From the NCBI GenBank assembly GCA_002698305.1, contig NZWR01000003.1:10794-74793 (forward strand): DNA of 64,000 nucleotides, given 5' to 3'. Below the pieces are notes generated by a model that worked only from the letters and a program-made list of their open reading frames with translations, made no database searches and had not been told where the DNA came from. The stretch's first letter is position 1. Each line of letters opens with the position of its first letter. This DNA comes from Candidatus Campbellbacteria bacterium (GTDB taxonomy: Bacteria; Patescibacteriota; Minisyncoccia; Phycocordibacterales; UBA1006). Of this stretch, positions 10,176 through 19,843 are shown piece after piece. The position numbers were made by a program, and so were the translations under genes.

Positions 10176-10361
10176 CCTGATATAAATATATCACCTTTTT
10201 AATATTTTGTCAAGTGCATTTCATGCACGCGATAAAACAAAGGTATTACGAATATACCAAAGGTATGGTAAATACCCAAGGCACAGCTGTGTATAATATG
10301 TGAATAAATAAATTCGTCAATACCTTAAGAAGAATTATACGCAAAATGGTATACTCTCTGT

Positions 10362-11348
10362 ATGTCACAGGACACACCAACAACACTTTCTCTTGATCCT
10401 CAGCTGCGCCCAAACTCGTGGGACGAGTATATTGGCCAAGAAAGTATTAAAAAAAATCTTCATATTCTACTTACTGCTGCTGAAGGGCGAGGACAGCAAC
10501 CCGAGCATATTCTCTTTTACGGCCCACCTGGCCTTGGAAAAACTACGCTCTCCCACCTTATCGCAAAAGAAATGAAACGTGATATTAAAATCACCTCTGG
10601 TCCAGCCATCGAAAAAGTTGGGGACCTTGCAAGTATTCTAACTAATCTTGGTAAGGGAGATATTTTGTTTATTGATGAAATTCATAGACTTAACAAAAGT
10701 ATTGAGGAGGTATTGTACCCTGCCATGGAATCAGGCGTGCTTGATATTATTATCGGAAAGGGTCCCTCTGCGAGAACGATTCAACTTGATTTACCTGAGT
10801 TCACCTTAATTGCAGCAACCACAAAAATAGCTATGCTTTCCGCCCCGCTACGTTCTCGTTTCTCCGGTGGTGTATTTAAGCTTGAATTTTATAGTGATCA
10901 AGAAATGGAGCAGATTATTTATCAGTCTGCGGGTAAACTTGGTATTGCTATTACTGACGGGGGTGTTCACACTATTGCGTCGCGCAGCCGGGCAACCCCT
11001 CGAACTGCAAATTATTTTTTAAAGCGCGTTCGTGATTATGCAGAAGTGCATAAAAAAAATATTGATGAGACCGCTGTTCTTGAGGCACTTGCCATGATTG
11101 GCGTTGATGAGCTTGGGCTTCGTCAAACTGACCGAGAAGTTCTTGTTGCCATTATTGATAAATTTGGTGGTGGTCCTGTTGGGGTCAAAACAATTGCAAC
11201 AGCCACCCACGATGAGGTTGACTCTATTGAGTCAGTCATCGAACCTTATCTTATTCAAAAAGGACTTATTGAATTAACACCGCGAGGACGGATTGCAACA
11301 GAACAAGCCTACCTCCATCTTGGAAAAGAAGGGTTTGTGCAAAAATAA
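10362..11348 (+). CDS. ruvB: Holliday junction branch migration helicase RuvB
   Basis: LRP..W.EYIGQ, GPPGLGKTTL, TSGPAIEK, FIDEIHRL, EEVLYPAME, IEPYLIQ, TPRGR. Confidence 0.98.
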   Translation: MSQDTPTTLSLDPQLRPNSWDEYIGQESIKKNLHILLTAAEGRGQQPEHILFYGPPGLGKTTLSHLIAKEMKRDIKITSGPAIEKVGDLASILTNLGKGDILFIDEIHRLNKSIEEVLYPAMESGVLDIIIGKGPSARTIQLDLPEFTLIAATTKIAMLSAPLRSRFSGGVFKLEFYSDQEMEQIIYQSAGKLGIAITDGGVHTIASRSRATPRTANYFLKRVRDYAEVHKKNIDETAVLEALAMIGVDELGLRQTDREVLVAIIDKFGGGPVGVKTIATATHDEVDSIESVIEPYLIQKGLIELTPRGRIATEQAYLHLGKEGFVQK

Positions 11349-11437
11349 AATCACTTAGGTTTTTTTAATTTGGAGGTACTGTGTTATCCGCACGAAAGAA
11401 CTTGCTCAAAGAGATATCTCTGATTAAAATACATCGT

Positions 11438-11956
11438 ATGGGATCATCACACAAAAAACAAGGAAAAATCGCTGACAATAATGCAAAAAAAGCAAAAGTA
11501 TTTGGAAAGCTTGTTCGCCTTATCCAAGTAGAAGCAAAAAAATCAAACGGCGATGTTAACGCAGCGGGACTCTCTGCAGCCATCAAAAAAGCTTATAAAG
11601 AGAATATGCCCAAAGACACGGTTGAGCGTGCAATCAAAAAAGCCTCTGAAGCTGGTGATACTACCGAGGTTCTGTACGAAGCGTATGGACCAGGAGGTGT
11701 TGGGATTATTATTACCGGACTTACCGATAATACCAATCGCACCAATCAAGAAGTTAAAGCTATTTTGAGTAAAAATGGTGGTAATCTTGGTGCCGCTAAT
11801 TCTGTATCATGGAATTTTACTTTTAACGAAGACAGAGACTGGGTACCAAACACAACAATTGAAGTTTCAAAGGATCATCAAGAAGGATTGGAGACTCTTA
11901 TTGAATTTCTTGAAGAACATGATGATACGCAAAATATTTATCATAATGCACAATAA
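11438..11956 (+). CDS. yebC: YebC/PmpR family protein (short form)
   Basis: NMPKDTVERAIKKA, YEAYGPGGVGIII, TDNTNRT, EHDDTQNIYHN. Start at 11438 follows TAAAAT-N7. Confidence 0.92.
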   Translation: MGSSHKKQGKIADNNAKKAKVFGKLVRLIQVEAKKSNGDVNAAGLSAAIKKAYKENMPKDTVERAIKKASEAGDTTEVLYEAYGPGGVGIIITGLTDNTNRTNQEVKAILSKNGGNLGAANSVSWNFTFNEDRDWVPNTTIEVSKDHQEGLETLIEFLEEHDDTQNIYHNAQ

Positions 11957-11975
11957 AAACACCACGTAGGTGTTT

Positions 11976-14864
11976 TTATTCTATCTCAAGGAGAAACTCT
12001 ATTTCTTTAGCCACCACTCGATCATCTTCATCGGTAATAATAAACCGAGCAAGGTTTATTTCTTCAAAATAATTAAGATCTTCTGAAACAAACGAAAATA
12101 TAAACGGGGCGCTTCCGTCGTCTTCAACAAAAGCATTATTAATAAACAATTGAGCTTGCTTAATATCATCTTCGTCTATATCGTTAAATACTATTTCAAC
12201 TGTAATTTCTTCATCGCTCCCATATGATGTACCAGACTCAAGACCTTCTATTTCAAAAGTAAACGGTTCATTGAGAACCCCTCCTGAACCATCATCAGAT
12301 TCAGTTGGGATATCGAAATCAATATCAATAATTTCAGAAAGAAATTCCTCTGCATACTCCTGAACACCAAACTCCCAATTGTCATATTGTGGGTCATCTT
12401 GAGAAGTATCGAGTGTTGTTGGGTCATTTTTATCAATCCAGTGAAGAATGGTATGGGGCTCGGGTTGCGGCACCTCAAGAATAAGCTCTTCTGGGGTTGC
12501 ATCGGAAGCCAATAAACCTGACTCCTTATTAATTTTAACTGATGTTCCGCCATACCAATCTCCCTTAATCATATTTGGATAGTTTTCAAACTCTTCAGGT
12601 AAAGAATAGCTATCAAAATCATCAGCATCATATTTATCAAGCATGGCAGTCATATATGCCCGCCATGGTTTTCCAGAAATTGATGATCCTTTTTTCATTG
12701 GGCTATTGTCATTATTCCCAGTCCATACACCAACAGCAACCTCGTCACTGTATCCAATCAACCATGCATCACGGTTATCATTGGTGGTACCAGTCTTTCC
12801 AGCAATATCAGTATCACCAAAATAGAGAAATGATTGCGAACCAAAGAGTGGGGTACGTGCAGCATTATCAGAAAGAATACTATTTACCATGCGTGCTGCA
12901 TTCTTATCAAGTACCCGTTCTTCCTCAGGTTCATATTCATCAATAACACGCCCATCAAGGTCACGTACCTCCATAATAGCTGTAGGGGTGTTATACTCAC
13001 CTTCATTTGAAAGCACGCTGTAGGCACCTGTCATTTCTAGAAGAGAAACCTCTCCCCCTCCGAGTACCAAACCAAGTCCATAAAATTCAGGGGATTGGTT
13101 AAGTGACGTAATTCCCATGTCACGCGCCTTTTGAATAACGTTTCTTACTCCAGCTAAGTAGTTAACTTTAATCGCAGGAATGTTTCGTGACTCTGCTAAT
13201 GCTGCCCTGAAAGTAAGTGGACCTCTAAATTCAAAGTCATAGTTATTTGGAGAGTAACATCCATTTTCACTTGAGCGATCTGTTGGTGCACATCGTGCGT
13301 TAAATTGGGTTTCGGTATCAAAAATTGTGCTTTCTGGTAAATACCCTTTCTCAAAAGCAGTTGCGTACGCAATTGGTTTGAATGATGATCCTGGCTGTCG
13401 TGGTGCAATAGCAACATTAAAGTTTCCATCAAACCCCTCAGTATCAAAATAATCACGTGAACCAACCATAGTAATAATATGACCTGTTCCTGACTCTATT
13501 GCTACCAAGGCAGCATTTGATGCATCGAAATCTTCTTCAACCTCTTCAATATGCTCTTTAATAATTTCTTCTGCTTCTTGCTGCAGCTCATAATCAAGCG
13601 TTGTAATGACTTGAAGCCCACCATTTTGAACAACATCAGCTCCATAAGTTTCCTCAAGTTGCTCTCGCACATACTGAACGAAATGCAGTGATTTACCAAA
13701 ATTATCCTCTTCTGGTAAAAATTCCACAATTTCATTTGCCGCCTCCCTGTATTCTGCATCAGTAATAAATCCATAGCGCTTCATTTCAGTAAGTACTGTC
13801 TGTTGGCGCTGATCAAGTAAATCTTTGTTTTGCCGGTATGGAGAATAAAATGTTGGCCTGTTTGGTATTGCTGCAAGATATGCAGATTGTGCAATAGAAA
13901 GCTCTGAGGCTGGGATTCCAAAAAATCTTCGAGATGCCTCTTGAATTCCGTAGACTGTTCCCCCATATGGTGCTTCATTGAGATAGATCTCAAGAATTTC
14001 ATCTTTAGTTAATCTTCCTTCGATTTTATACGCAAGCACCCATTCTTTTACCTTTCGTGAAATAACTTGATCACGAGTAAGTAATGTATTTTTCACTACC
14101 TGTTGAGTAAGTGTTGACCCTCCAGCAGTACCAGCATCACTAAGACCTAATTTAGACATAAGGGTTTGAATAATAGCTCTAAACGTTGATTTCCACACAA
14201 CCCCATTATGTTCGTAAAATTCATGGTCTTCTATTGCAATAATGGCATCTTTCGCTGATTGAGTAATTTGATCAGTCCCAACTACTGTTCGCCTAATATC
14301 TTCATGAATATCATAGAGAAGTATTTCTCCAGTACGGTCAAAAATCTTTGTTGAATTAGCAATTTTTCTATTTTCAAAATTAGCAACACTTGGAATTTCC
14401 AAAGTAGCAAACCAAATAAAGAATGCAGCCAGACTAAAAACTATGAGCGCTAAAACTACGAGTGCTATTTTTTTGAAAAGTGAAAATCTTTTTTTATTCT
14501 TTTTTGGTGTTCTTTTATCCATAGTATTTTTTTGGTAGGTTTTAGAAACCTCTCTAATCTGGGTATACACCTTATTTTTCATCTGAAAAAAGTTGATATT
14601 TTTTACATATACCTTTTGTATATAATGTACCCCTCTTTCAAACACCTCCTGTGTTGCGCGTAGTAACTCTACACACACATCCCAAAAAAGAAAGAGTAGT
14701 GAGTGCACGGAGTTGTAAATTTTTTTTACCCCCGAAGGTTCTTTCTGAGAAAATTCTTGCGTTCTGCGTTTCTCCATGTACTGCCTATGTTTGCGGGCCA
14801 TTCGTGCCTGTCTTTTTAGGTGCTGCCGCGTGTGGTAGCTTTTCATATCATCACCAAAGTACAT
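11976..14864 (-). CDS. Class A penicillin-binding protein (transglycosylase/transpeptidase) with basic N-terminal extension and acidic C-terminal Ig-like domain
   Basis: EDHEFYEHNG, GGSTLTQQVVKN, RKVKE, YLNEAPYG, RQPGSSFKP, SRN, KTGT. Start proposed from TATAAT-N7-ATG; a later start (e.g. MDKRTPK) is possible. Confidence 0.92.
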   Translation of the reverse strand: MYFGDDMKSYHTRQHLKRQARMARKHRQYMEKRRTQEFSQKEPSGVKKIYNSVHSLLFLFWDVCVELLRATQEVFERGVHYIQKVYVKNINFFQMKNKVYTQIREVSKTYQKNTMDKRTPKKNKKRFSLFKKIALVVLALIVFSLAAFFIWFATLEIPSVANFENRKIANSTKIFDRTGEILLYDIHEDIRRTVVGTDQITQSAKDAIIAIEDHEFYEHNGVVWKSTFRAIIQTLMSKLGLSDAGTAGGSTLTQQVVKNTLLTRDQVISRKVKEWVLAYKIEGRLTKDEILEIYLNEAPYGGTVYGIQEASRRFFGIPASELSIAQSAYLAAIPNRPTFYSPYRQNKDLLDQRQQTVLTEMKRYGFITDAEYREAANEIVEFLPEEDNFGKSLHFVQYVREQLEETYGADVVQNGGLQVITTLDYELQQEAEEIIKEHIEEVEEDFDASNAALVAIESGTGHIITMVGSRDYFDTEGFDGNFNVAIAPRQPGSSFKPIAYATAFEKGYLPESTIFDTETQFNARCAPTDRSSENGCYSPNNYDFEFRGPLTFRAALAESRNIPAIKVNYLAGVRNVIQKARDMGITSLNQSPEFYGLGLVLGGGEVSLLEMTGAYSVLSNEGEYNTPTAIMEVRDLDGRVIDEYEPEEERVLDKNAARMVNSILSDNAARTPLFGSQSFLYFGDTDIAGKTGTTNDNRDAWLIGYSDEVAVGVWTGNNDNSPMKKGSSISGKPWRAYMTAMLDKYDADDFDSYSLPEEFENYPNMIKGDWYGGTSVKINKESGLLASDATPEELILEVPQPEPHTILHWIDKNDPTTLDTSQDDPQYDNWEFGVQEYAEEFLSEIIDIDFDIPTESDDGSGGVLNEPFTFEIEGLESGTSYGSDEEITVEIVFNDIDEDDIKQAQLFINNAFVEDDGSAPFIFSFVSEDLNYFEEINLARFIITDEDDRVVAKEIEFLLEIE

Positions 14865-14892
14865 ACCTTGTATTATACATAGGAAAAAGTAA

Positions 14893-15375
14893 TTACAACG
14901 ATGATGTTCGCGATACAAGGTGAGTCAACGCAACAGCAATTGCATCAATTTCATCATCGAGATATTTCTTTTCAGGAAGTTTGATTAGCTTGGGAATCAT
15001 AGTGTTCATATCTTTTTTTGTGGCTCTTCCATAACTTGTTATTGCTACTTTTATCTGATTAGGTGTGTATTCATATATTTCACACCCAACATCTTGAGCT
15101 AGGTAATTACACACCCCCCGAATCTCTGAAACCTTAAGCGCTGTTGTTGTATTTTTTGCAAAATATAATGTCTCTTGGGCACACTCATCTGGTGAATACT
15201 TTTCTATCACATCTCTCACTTTTTTTCCTATTGTGTAGAGGCGTGTATTGAAATCATTTTTCTTTGAACTCATTAAACAATCAGAAAAAAGAATCGTTTT
15301 ACGATTCTTTTGTGTTTGCTCTACCACAGCAATACCAAGACGGTCATACCCAGGATCAAACGCTAGAACTCTCAT
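14893..15375 (-). CDS. ruvC: Crossover junction endodeoxyribonuclease RuvC
   Basis: LAFDPGY, ETLYF, YTPNQIK..ITSYGRATK, DDEIDAIAVALTH. Confidence 0.95.
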   Translation of the reverse strand: MRVLAFDPGYDRLGIAVVEQTQKNRKTILFSDCLMSSKKNDFNTRLYTIGKKVRDVIEKYSPDECAQETLYFAKNTTTALKVSEIRGVCNYLAQDVGCEIYEYTPNQIKVAITSYGRATKKDMNTMIPKLIKLPEKKYLDDEIDAIAVALTHLVSRTSSL

Positions 15376-15377
15376 AT

Positions 15378-15617
15378 CTAGAGTATATCACGAATGATTA
15401 TATCTTTTTTCTGTGCTTGTTGAATAATGGTGGTTTTATTTTTTTTAAAATAGTGTTTTAAAGAGGGGTGACTTTTAATAATTAACCTTCCTTTTTGGAG
15501 TGTGTAGGTAAATTCTTCATCACCACCATACACCCTCTTTAAAATCACCATAAGCTCATCCTCTCTTTGAGGTGAAATCTTTTTGTTTTTAAGAAATTCT
15601 TTGATATTAAAATCCAT
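15378..15617 (-). CDS. Small basic protein between dnaN and ruvC, possibly DciA/DUF721-like
   Basis: 79-aa ORF tightly packed in the dnaN-ruvC run; family suggested only by size, position and the LIIKSHPSLK pattern. Confidence 0.5.
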   Translation of the reverse strand: MDFNIKEFLKNKKISPQREDELMVILKRVYGGDEEFTYTLQKGRLIIKSHPSLKHYFKKNKTTIIQQAQKKDIIIRDIL

Positions 15618-15627
15618 ACAACATGAA

Positions 15628-16728
15628 CTATCTATTCATTGGCATAATTAAATACAAGAAGCTTTCATCACCAACCGCAGATACCACGCAAGGTTTATTT
15701 TTTTCTGTAAATGAAAAGCTAACACTATCAGCTTGCACCACAGACAACACATCACTCACATATCGGTGATTCAAAAACATATCAATATCACCCCCGGTAA
15801 TCGCCGCATCAATAGTGGTTTTATTTTCTCCTACATCTGTATTTCGTGTGTGTAATGAAACTGATCCGCTATCTTTCTGTACCGAAAACGATATCTGATT
15901 GAAAGTATCAGAAAACACATTTACCAAACGTAGCGCATCTACTAAATCTGATTTTAATAAAATTGATTGTATATTTGATTCGGTAGGAATGATTTGTTTG
16001 TAGTCTGGATAATTTCCATCAACAATACGAGAGGTGAAGTAGATATCTTCAGATTGAATTGAGATTTGATTTTTTCCAATAACCACAGACACCCTATCTT
16101 CTATACCTTGGAAAATTTTTACGCACTCTGCAATATTCTTGATAGGTATAATAATACCCTCAAAATCAAGGTCAGTATCCGTAACTATTTTTTTCTCAGC
16201 CAACCTAAACGAATCTGTTGCAACAAAAATAAGGTTTTTACCATCAGGATAGATATATACACTTGCAATCTCAGGTTTAATATCTGACTGAGAAGCTGCA
16301 TAGTGTACTTTTTCAACCCCCTCAATAAACGTTTTCATTGGTAGCTCTATTTCTTGACCATCTTCAATTCGCGGAAGAGTTGGGAAATCTTGATCTGGAA
16401 ATAATTTAATGTCCATGTGTGATGTTTCTGTTTGGATAAGAAGTGTTTGTTCTTCTATCTTCAAAACAATTTTATCTTCACTAGAAAGACTTCCAATAAT
16501 TTTAGAAAAAATATCAAGGTTAACTAAAGCCGTTCCTGCAACCACCTCTTTTACTGCCACAGTCACCTCAACACCAACGTGGAGGTTGGTTGATCTCAAG
16601 GTAAGTGAATTTGACTCTGAGCTTAAAAGGATATTTTCAAGAACGGGAAGACTTAAGTTTTTTGAAGAAACTTTCTGAACACGATTCACAGCATTTTTTA
16701 ATTTTTCTACGGTTGTTTCTATGTGCAT
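15628..16728 (-). CDS. dnaN: DNA polymerase III beta sliding clamp
   Basis: LPVLENILL, VATDSFRLA, SRIVDGNYPDY, YLIMPM; downstream of dnaA. Confidence 0.98.
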   Translation of the reverse strand: MHIETTVEKLKNAVNRVQKVSSKNLSLPVLENILLSSESNSLTLRSTNLHVGVEVTVAVKEVVAGTALVNLDIFSKIIGSLSSEDKIVLKIEEQTLLIQTETSHMDIKLFPDQDFPTLPRIEDGQEIELPMKTFIEGVEKVHYAASQSDIKPEIASVYIYPDGKNLIFVATDSFRLAEKKIVTDTDLDFEGIIIPIKNIAECVKIFQGIEDRVSVVIGKNQISIQSEDIYFTSRIVDGNYPDYKQIIPTESNIQSILLKSDLVDALRLVNVFSDTFNQISFSVQKDSGSVSLHTRNTDVGENKTTIDAAITGGDIDMFLNHRYVSDVLSVVQADSVSFSFTEKNKPCVVSAVGDESFLYLIMPMNR

Positions 16729-16955
16729 AGTATTTACTCTTTTATATATTTAAAATTTATTACTATTACTATTAGGGTTGTTGATACTGTGGAATAGTTT
16801 TAAGAGCTTTTAAATATAAGGTTATTTATAATAATTACCGGTGGTTTGTTGTATGGAAAACTTATGAATATGTTAAGGTTATACACCTTACTAAATATAC
16901 AGCTGTTAGTAACTTATATTTATAAACAGACTATACCTACATAATTCACAGGGTT
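16729..16955. other. Replication origin oriC (dnaA-dnaN intergenic part, DNA unwinding element)
   Basis: Minus strand reads TATTCCACA-GTATCAACA-accc-TAATAGTAATAGTAATAA then an AT-rich tract (DnaA-box-like pair, GC clamp, DnaA-trios); further degenerate boxes at 16879 and 16942. Confidence 0.85.
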
Positions 16956-18314
16956 TTACACATCCAAAACAGCTTTAATTTGTTCTATTTCCTGAACAAG
17001 ATTAGGATCTTTTACTAAATTTTCTTTGACGCGTTCGTATGAATGAATAACGGTGGTGTGGTCTCTCCCACCTACCTCTCTCCCAATTGCTGGGTATGAG
17101 ATATTGAAATATTCACGAAGGATATACATGGCTATTTGCCGCACATATACAATTTCTTTTTTACGCGTTTTATCATAAATTTTTTCAGGTTCTATAGAGT
17201 AGAAGCCAGCAACAATTTTTATAATTTCATCCAAAGCGAGGTGTTTCTTGGGTTTAATATTGTTTTTAACAAGAGACTTAACCTCTGTGACTGTAAGTTT
17301 CCTGTCTCTGAGTTCTGATTGTATTCCTATTGCGTTGAGCACTCCTTCAAGCTCTCTAATATTTCCTTCCATACTGTGAGCTATAAACTCACACACATCG
17401 TCACTAAGATCAATATCTCCTTGTAATGCTTTGGTTTTAATAAGAGCAGAGCGCGATTCATAGTTTGGCTTGGTTATATCAACAATCATTCCAGCCGAGA
17501 ATCTCGACCTGAGCCTATCCTCTAGTCCAATTATATAATTAGGGTGCTTATCAGAAGAGAAGATAATTTGCTTACCGTTGTCATATAAAATATTAAACAA
17601 GTGAAATAATTCTTCTTGCAACTTCTCTTTCCCTGAAAAGAATTGAATATCGTCCATAATAAGGACATCATATGAACGGTATTTTTTCTTGAAAGAGTTA
17701 ATGGTGTTATTTTTCAGTGCGTTTACATAATCTTGAGAGAATTTCTCAGAGCTTGTGTAGAAAATATTAGTGTGAGGGTTCTCTTTTTGAATTTTGTTAC
17801 CTGTGGCTTGAATAAGGTGGGTCTTCCCGAGTCCTGTTGATCCGTAGATAAACAAAGGGTTATATACCCCAGGCTTCTTTATAATAGCCTGACTCGCTGA
17901 ATACGCTAATTCATTAAAGGGACCAACAACAAAAGAGTTAAATGAATACTTCTCGTTGAGGTGCGAGTTCCTATCAACAGATTTCTTGGCAAGAGGAAGC
18001 GCTTGCTCACTCCGCTCTTTTGCTGTGCTAGACTCCTCTGTTTTACTTTCTTGTTTGGGGGATTTATTTTTTGAAACAATGAATTCAACTGATTTTATCG
18101 AGGGGTCAAATGATCTTAGTTTTTCAAGAATCATGTCGCTGAACTTAGTGTAAAGCCATTCTTTGTTAAATTCATTAGGTACTCCTACTTTATACACCTC
18201 ATTTTCGTGTGAATATGGAAAGGTCTTTTTAAACCAGGTGTTGTAGTTTGGGCGTGATATTTCAAGCTCTATTTGAGCTAGTGTTTTTTTCCAGAGGGTT
18301 TCTTTGGTGTTCAT
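16956..18314 (-). CDS. dnaA: Chromosomal replication initiator DnaA
   Basis: YNPLFIYGSTGLGKTHL, DDIQF, QEELFHLFN, RLRSRF, NIRELEG, RQIAMY, GGRDHTTVIH. Confidence 0.99.
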   Translation of the reverse strand: MNTKETLWKKTLAQIELEISRPNYNTWFKKTFPYSHENEVYKVGVPNEFNKEWLYTKFSDMILEKLRSFDPSIKSVEFIVSKNKSPKQESKTEESSTAKERSEQALPLAKKSVDRNSHLNEKYSFNSFVVGPFNELAYSASQAIIKKPGVYNPLFIYGSTGLGKTHLIQATGNKIQKENPHTNIFYTSSEKFSQDYVNALKNNTINSFKKKYRSYDVLIMDDIQFFSGKEKLQEELFHLFNILYDNGKQIIFSSDKHPNYIIGLEDRLRSRFSAGMIVDITKPNYESRSALIKTKALQGDIDLSDDVCEFIAHSMEGNIRELEGVLNAIGIQSELRDRKLTVTEVKSLVKNNIKPKKHLALDEIIKIVAGFYSIEPEKIYDKTRKKEIVYVRQIAMYILREYFNISYPAIGREVGGRDHTTVIHSYERVKENLVKDPNLVQEIEQIKAVLDV

Positions 18315-18345
18315 AGTAGCAGTTATATACAGCATTATAGTATGT

Positions 18346-18373
18346 TGTGGAAAAAAAGAAAATCTGTGAATAA
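18346..18373. promoter_or_regulatory. DnaA boxes upstream of dnaA (second half of a bipartite origin or autoregulation)
   Basis: TGTGGAAAA (18346-18354) and TGTGAATAA (18365-18373), both matching TTWTNCACA on the minus strand. Confidence 0.75.
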
Positions 18374-18496
18374 CTATGTTTTTCTGTTAATAAGTATCTC
18401 TAATAACTTTTTGTAAAATAAAAAAGTTCCTATTGAGTTTTTTTTAATAGTGTACTAATATGTGAGTCATTATCTTATTAATCTAATTAACATTGT

Positions 18497-18643
18497 ATGG
18501 CAGCGAAATCACAAACACTTCGAAAGCGAAAAAATCGAAAAATGAAAAAGGTTCATGGATTTTTAGCACGAATGAAGACAGCTGGTGGACGAAAGACACT
18601 CTTGACAAGACGACGTAAGGGTCGATCAAAACTTTCTGTATAA
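18497..18643 (+). CDS. rpmH: 50S ribosomal protein L34
   Basis: [48 protein letters not shown] (48 aa, below ORF-track cutoff); divergent from dnaA. Confidence 0.95.
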   Translation: MAAKSQTLRKRKNRKMKKVHGFLARMKTAGGRKTLLTRRRKGRSKLSV

Positions 18644-18686
18644 ATAAACACCTGTTACAGGTTTTTTTATTTGCTACACTTTGAGT

Positions 18687-19001
18687 ATGTTCCCTAAAAG
18701 ACATCGACTTAACTCAACTCAGTATGAACTAGTACGGAAAAAAGGAAAAAAGATTTATAACTCCTATTTTCGTGGCCATGTTGTTTATAATGCTGACGAT
18801 AGCAGGTTTGCGGTACTTGTTCCTAAGAAAATTGCTAAAAAAAGATGGAAACGCAACACATTGAAACGCCAGATAAGCCATATACTTAAAGAGCAAATAA
18901 AACATGAAAATATTCACCTGCTTGTGGTTGTGAACAAAGCTATTGATAGCAAAGATGATTTACCCTCCCATATTTCAGATTTCCTTAAAATAATAAACTA
19001 G
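18687..19001 (+). CDS. rnpA: Ribonuclease P protein component
   Basis: MFPKRHRL, RFAVLVPKKIAKKRWKRNTLKR (RNR-like motif); synteny after rpmH. Confidence 0.9.
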   Translation: MFPKRHRLNSTQYELVRKKGKKIYNSYFRGHVVYNADDSRFAVLVPKKIAKKRWKRNTLKRQISHILKEQIKHENIHLLVVVNKAIDSKDDLPSHISDFLKIIN

Positions 19002-19032
19002 TATTGTTGGTTGTTTCTGTTACACTTTTTTT

Positions 19033-19797
19033 ATGATTTATTTATGGAATCTTATTTTTTATAAACCACTTTATAATGCTTTGTTTGGGCTTGTGGAAGT
19101 AGTACCAAATAACTCACTCTTTATTGCGGTTATTATGCTCACGTTGATTGTGCGTATTATTATTTCACCCTTGTCATATAAAGCACTGAAGACCCAGTTA
19201 AAAACAAAAGCTATTCAGCCAGAGTTACGGGCTGTTAAGAAAGAAACTGAGGATAAACAAGAGCAAGCAAAAAAAACCTTGGAAATTTACAAAAAACATG
19301 GGGTTAACCCATTTTCAAGCTTCTTGCTTCTCTTGGTCCAGTTTCCAATTATTATTGCTCTCTATTGGGTGTTTAGGGATGGCGGGCTTGAGGTTGATCC
19401 AGAGCTTCTCTATTATTTTGTTAAAATCCCAGGAGATATTATGCGGGAAAGCCTCGGTATCGATCTTGCAGGTAAAAGCTACATTCTCGCGCTCTTAGCA
19501 GGGTTGACCCAGTATATTCACCTATCTCGTTCTCAGAGTTTTAAAAATCAAACGGCGGATGATGAAAACGCAAGTGAACAGGAAAAGATGATGGCAAAAG
19601 TAGGCTCATCAATGAAATATTTTATGCCAATTATGATTACGGTGTTCGCGTATATTATTGGGGCTGCCGTTGCTTTGTACTGGGTAACATCAAATATTTT
19701 TATGATTATCCAAGAACACTTTATCTACAAGAAGATTAATTCTCAAAAAGATTCTGATGATGGGGTTATTGACGTTCCTTTTGAAAAAACAAGTTAA
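19033..19797 (+). CDS. yidC: Membrane protein insertase YidC/Oxa1
   Basis: LTLIVRIIISPL, YKKHGVNPFSSFL, QFPIIIALY, AVALYWVTSN. Confidence 0.95.
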   Translation: MIYLWNLIFYKPLYNALFGLVEVVPNNSLFIAVIMLTLIVRIIISPLSYKALKTQLKTKAIQPELRAVKKETEDKQEQAKKTLEIYKKHGVNPFSSFLLLLVQFPIIIALYWVFRDGGLEVDPELLYYFVKIPGDIMRESLGIDLAGKSYILALLAGLTQYIHLSRSQSFKNQTADDENASEQEKMMAKVGSSMKYFMPIMITVFAYIIGAAVALYWVTSNIFMIIQEHFIYKKINSQKDSDDGVIDVPFEKTS

Positions 19798-19843
19798 TGC
19801 TTGTTTTTTATTTGTCACCAAACCCCTGTGCTATAATTGAGAT

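Noticed and set aside
18483..18704. Minus-strand 73-aa ORF
   Set aside because: Shadow of rpmH.
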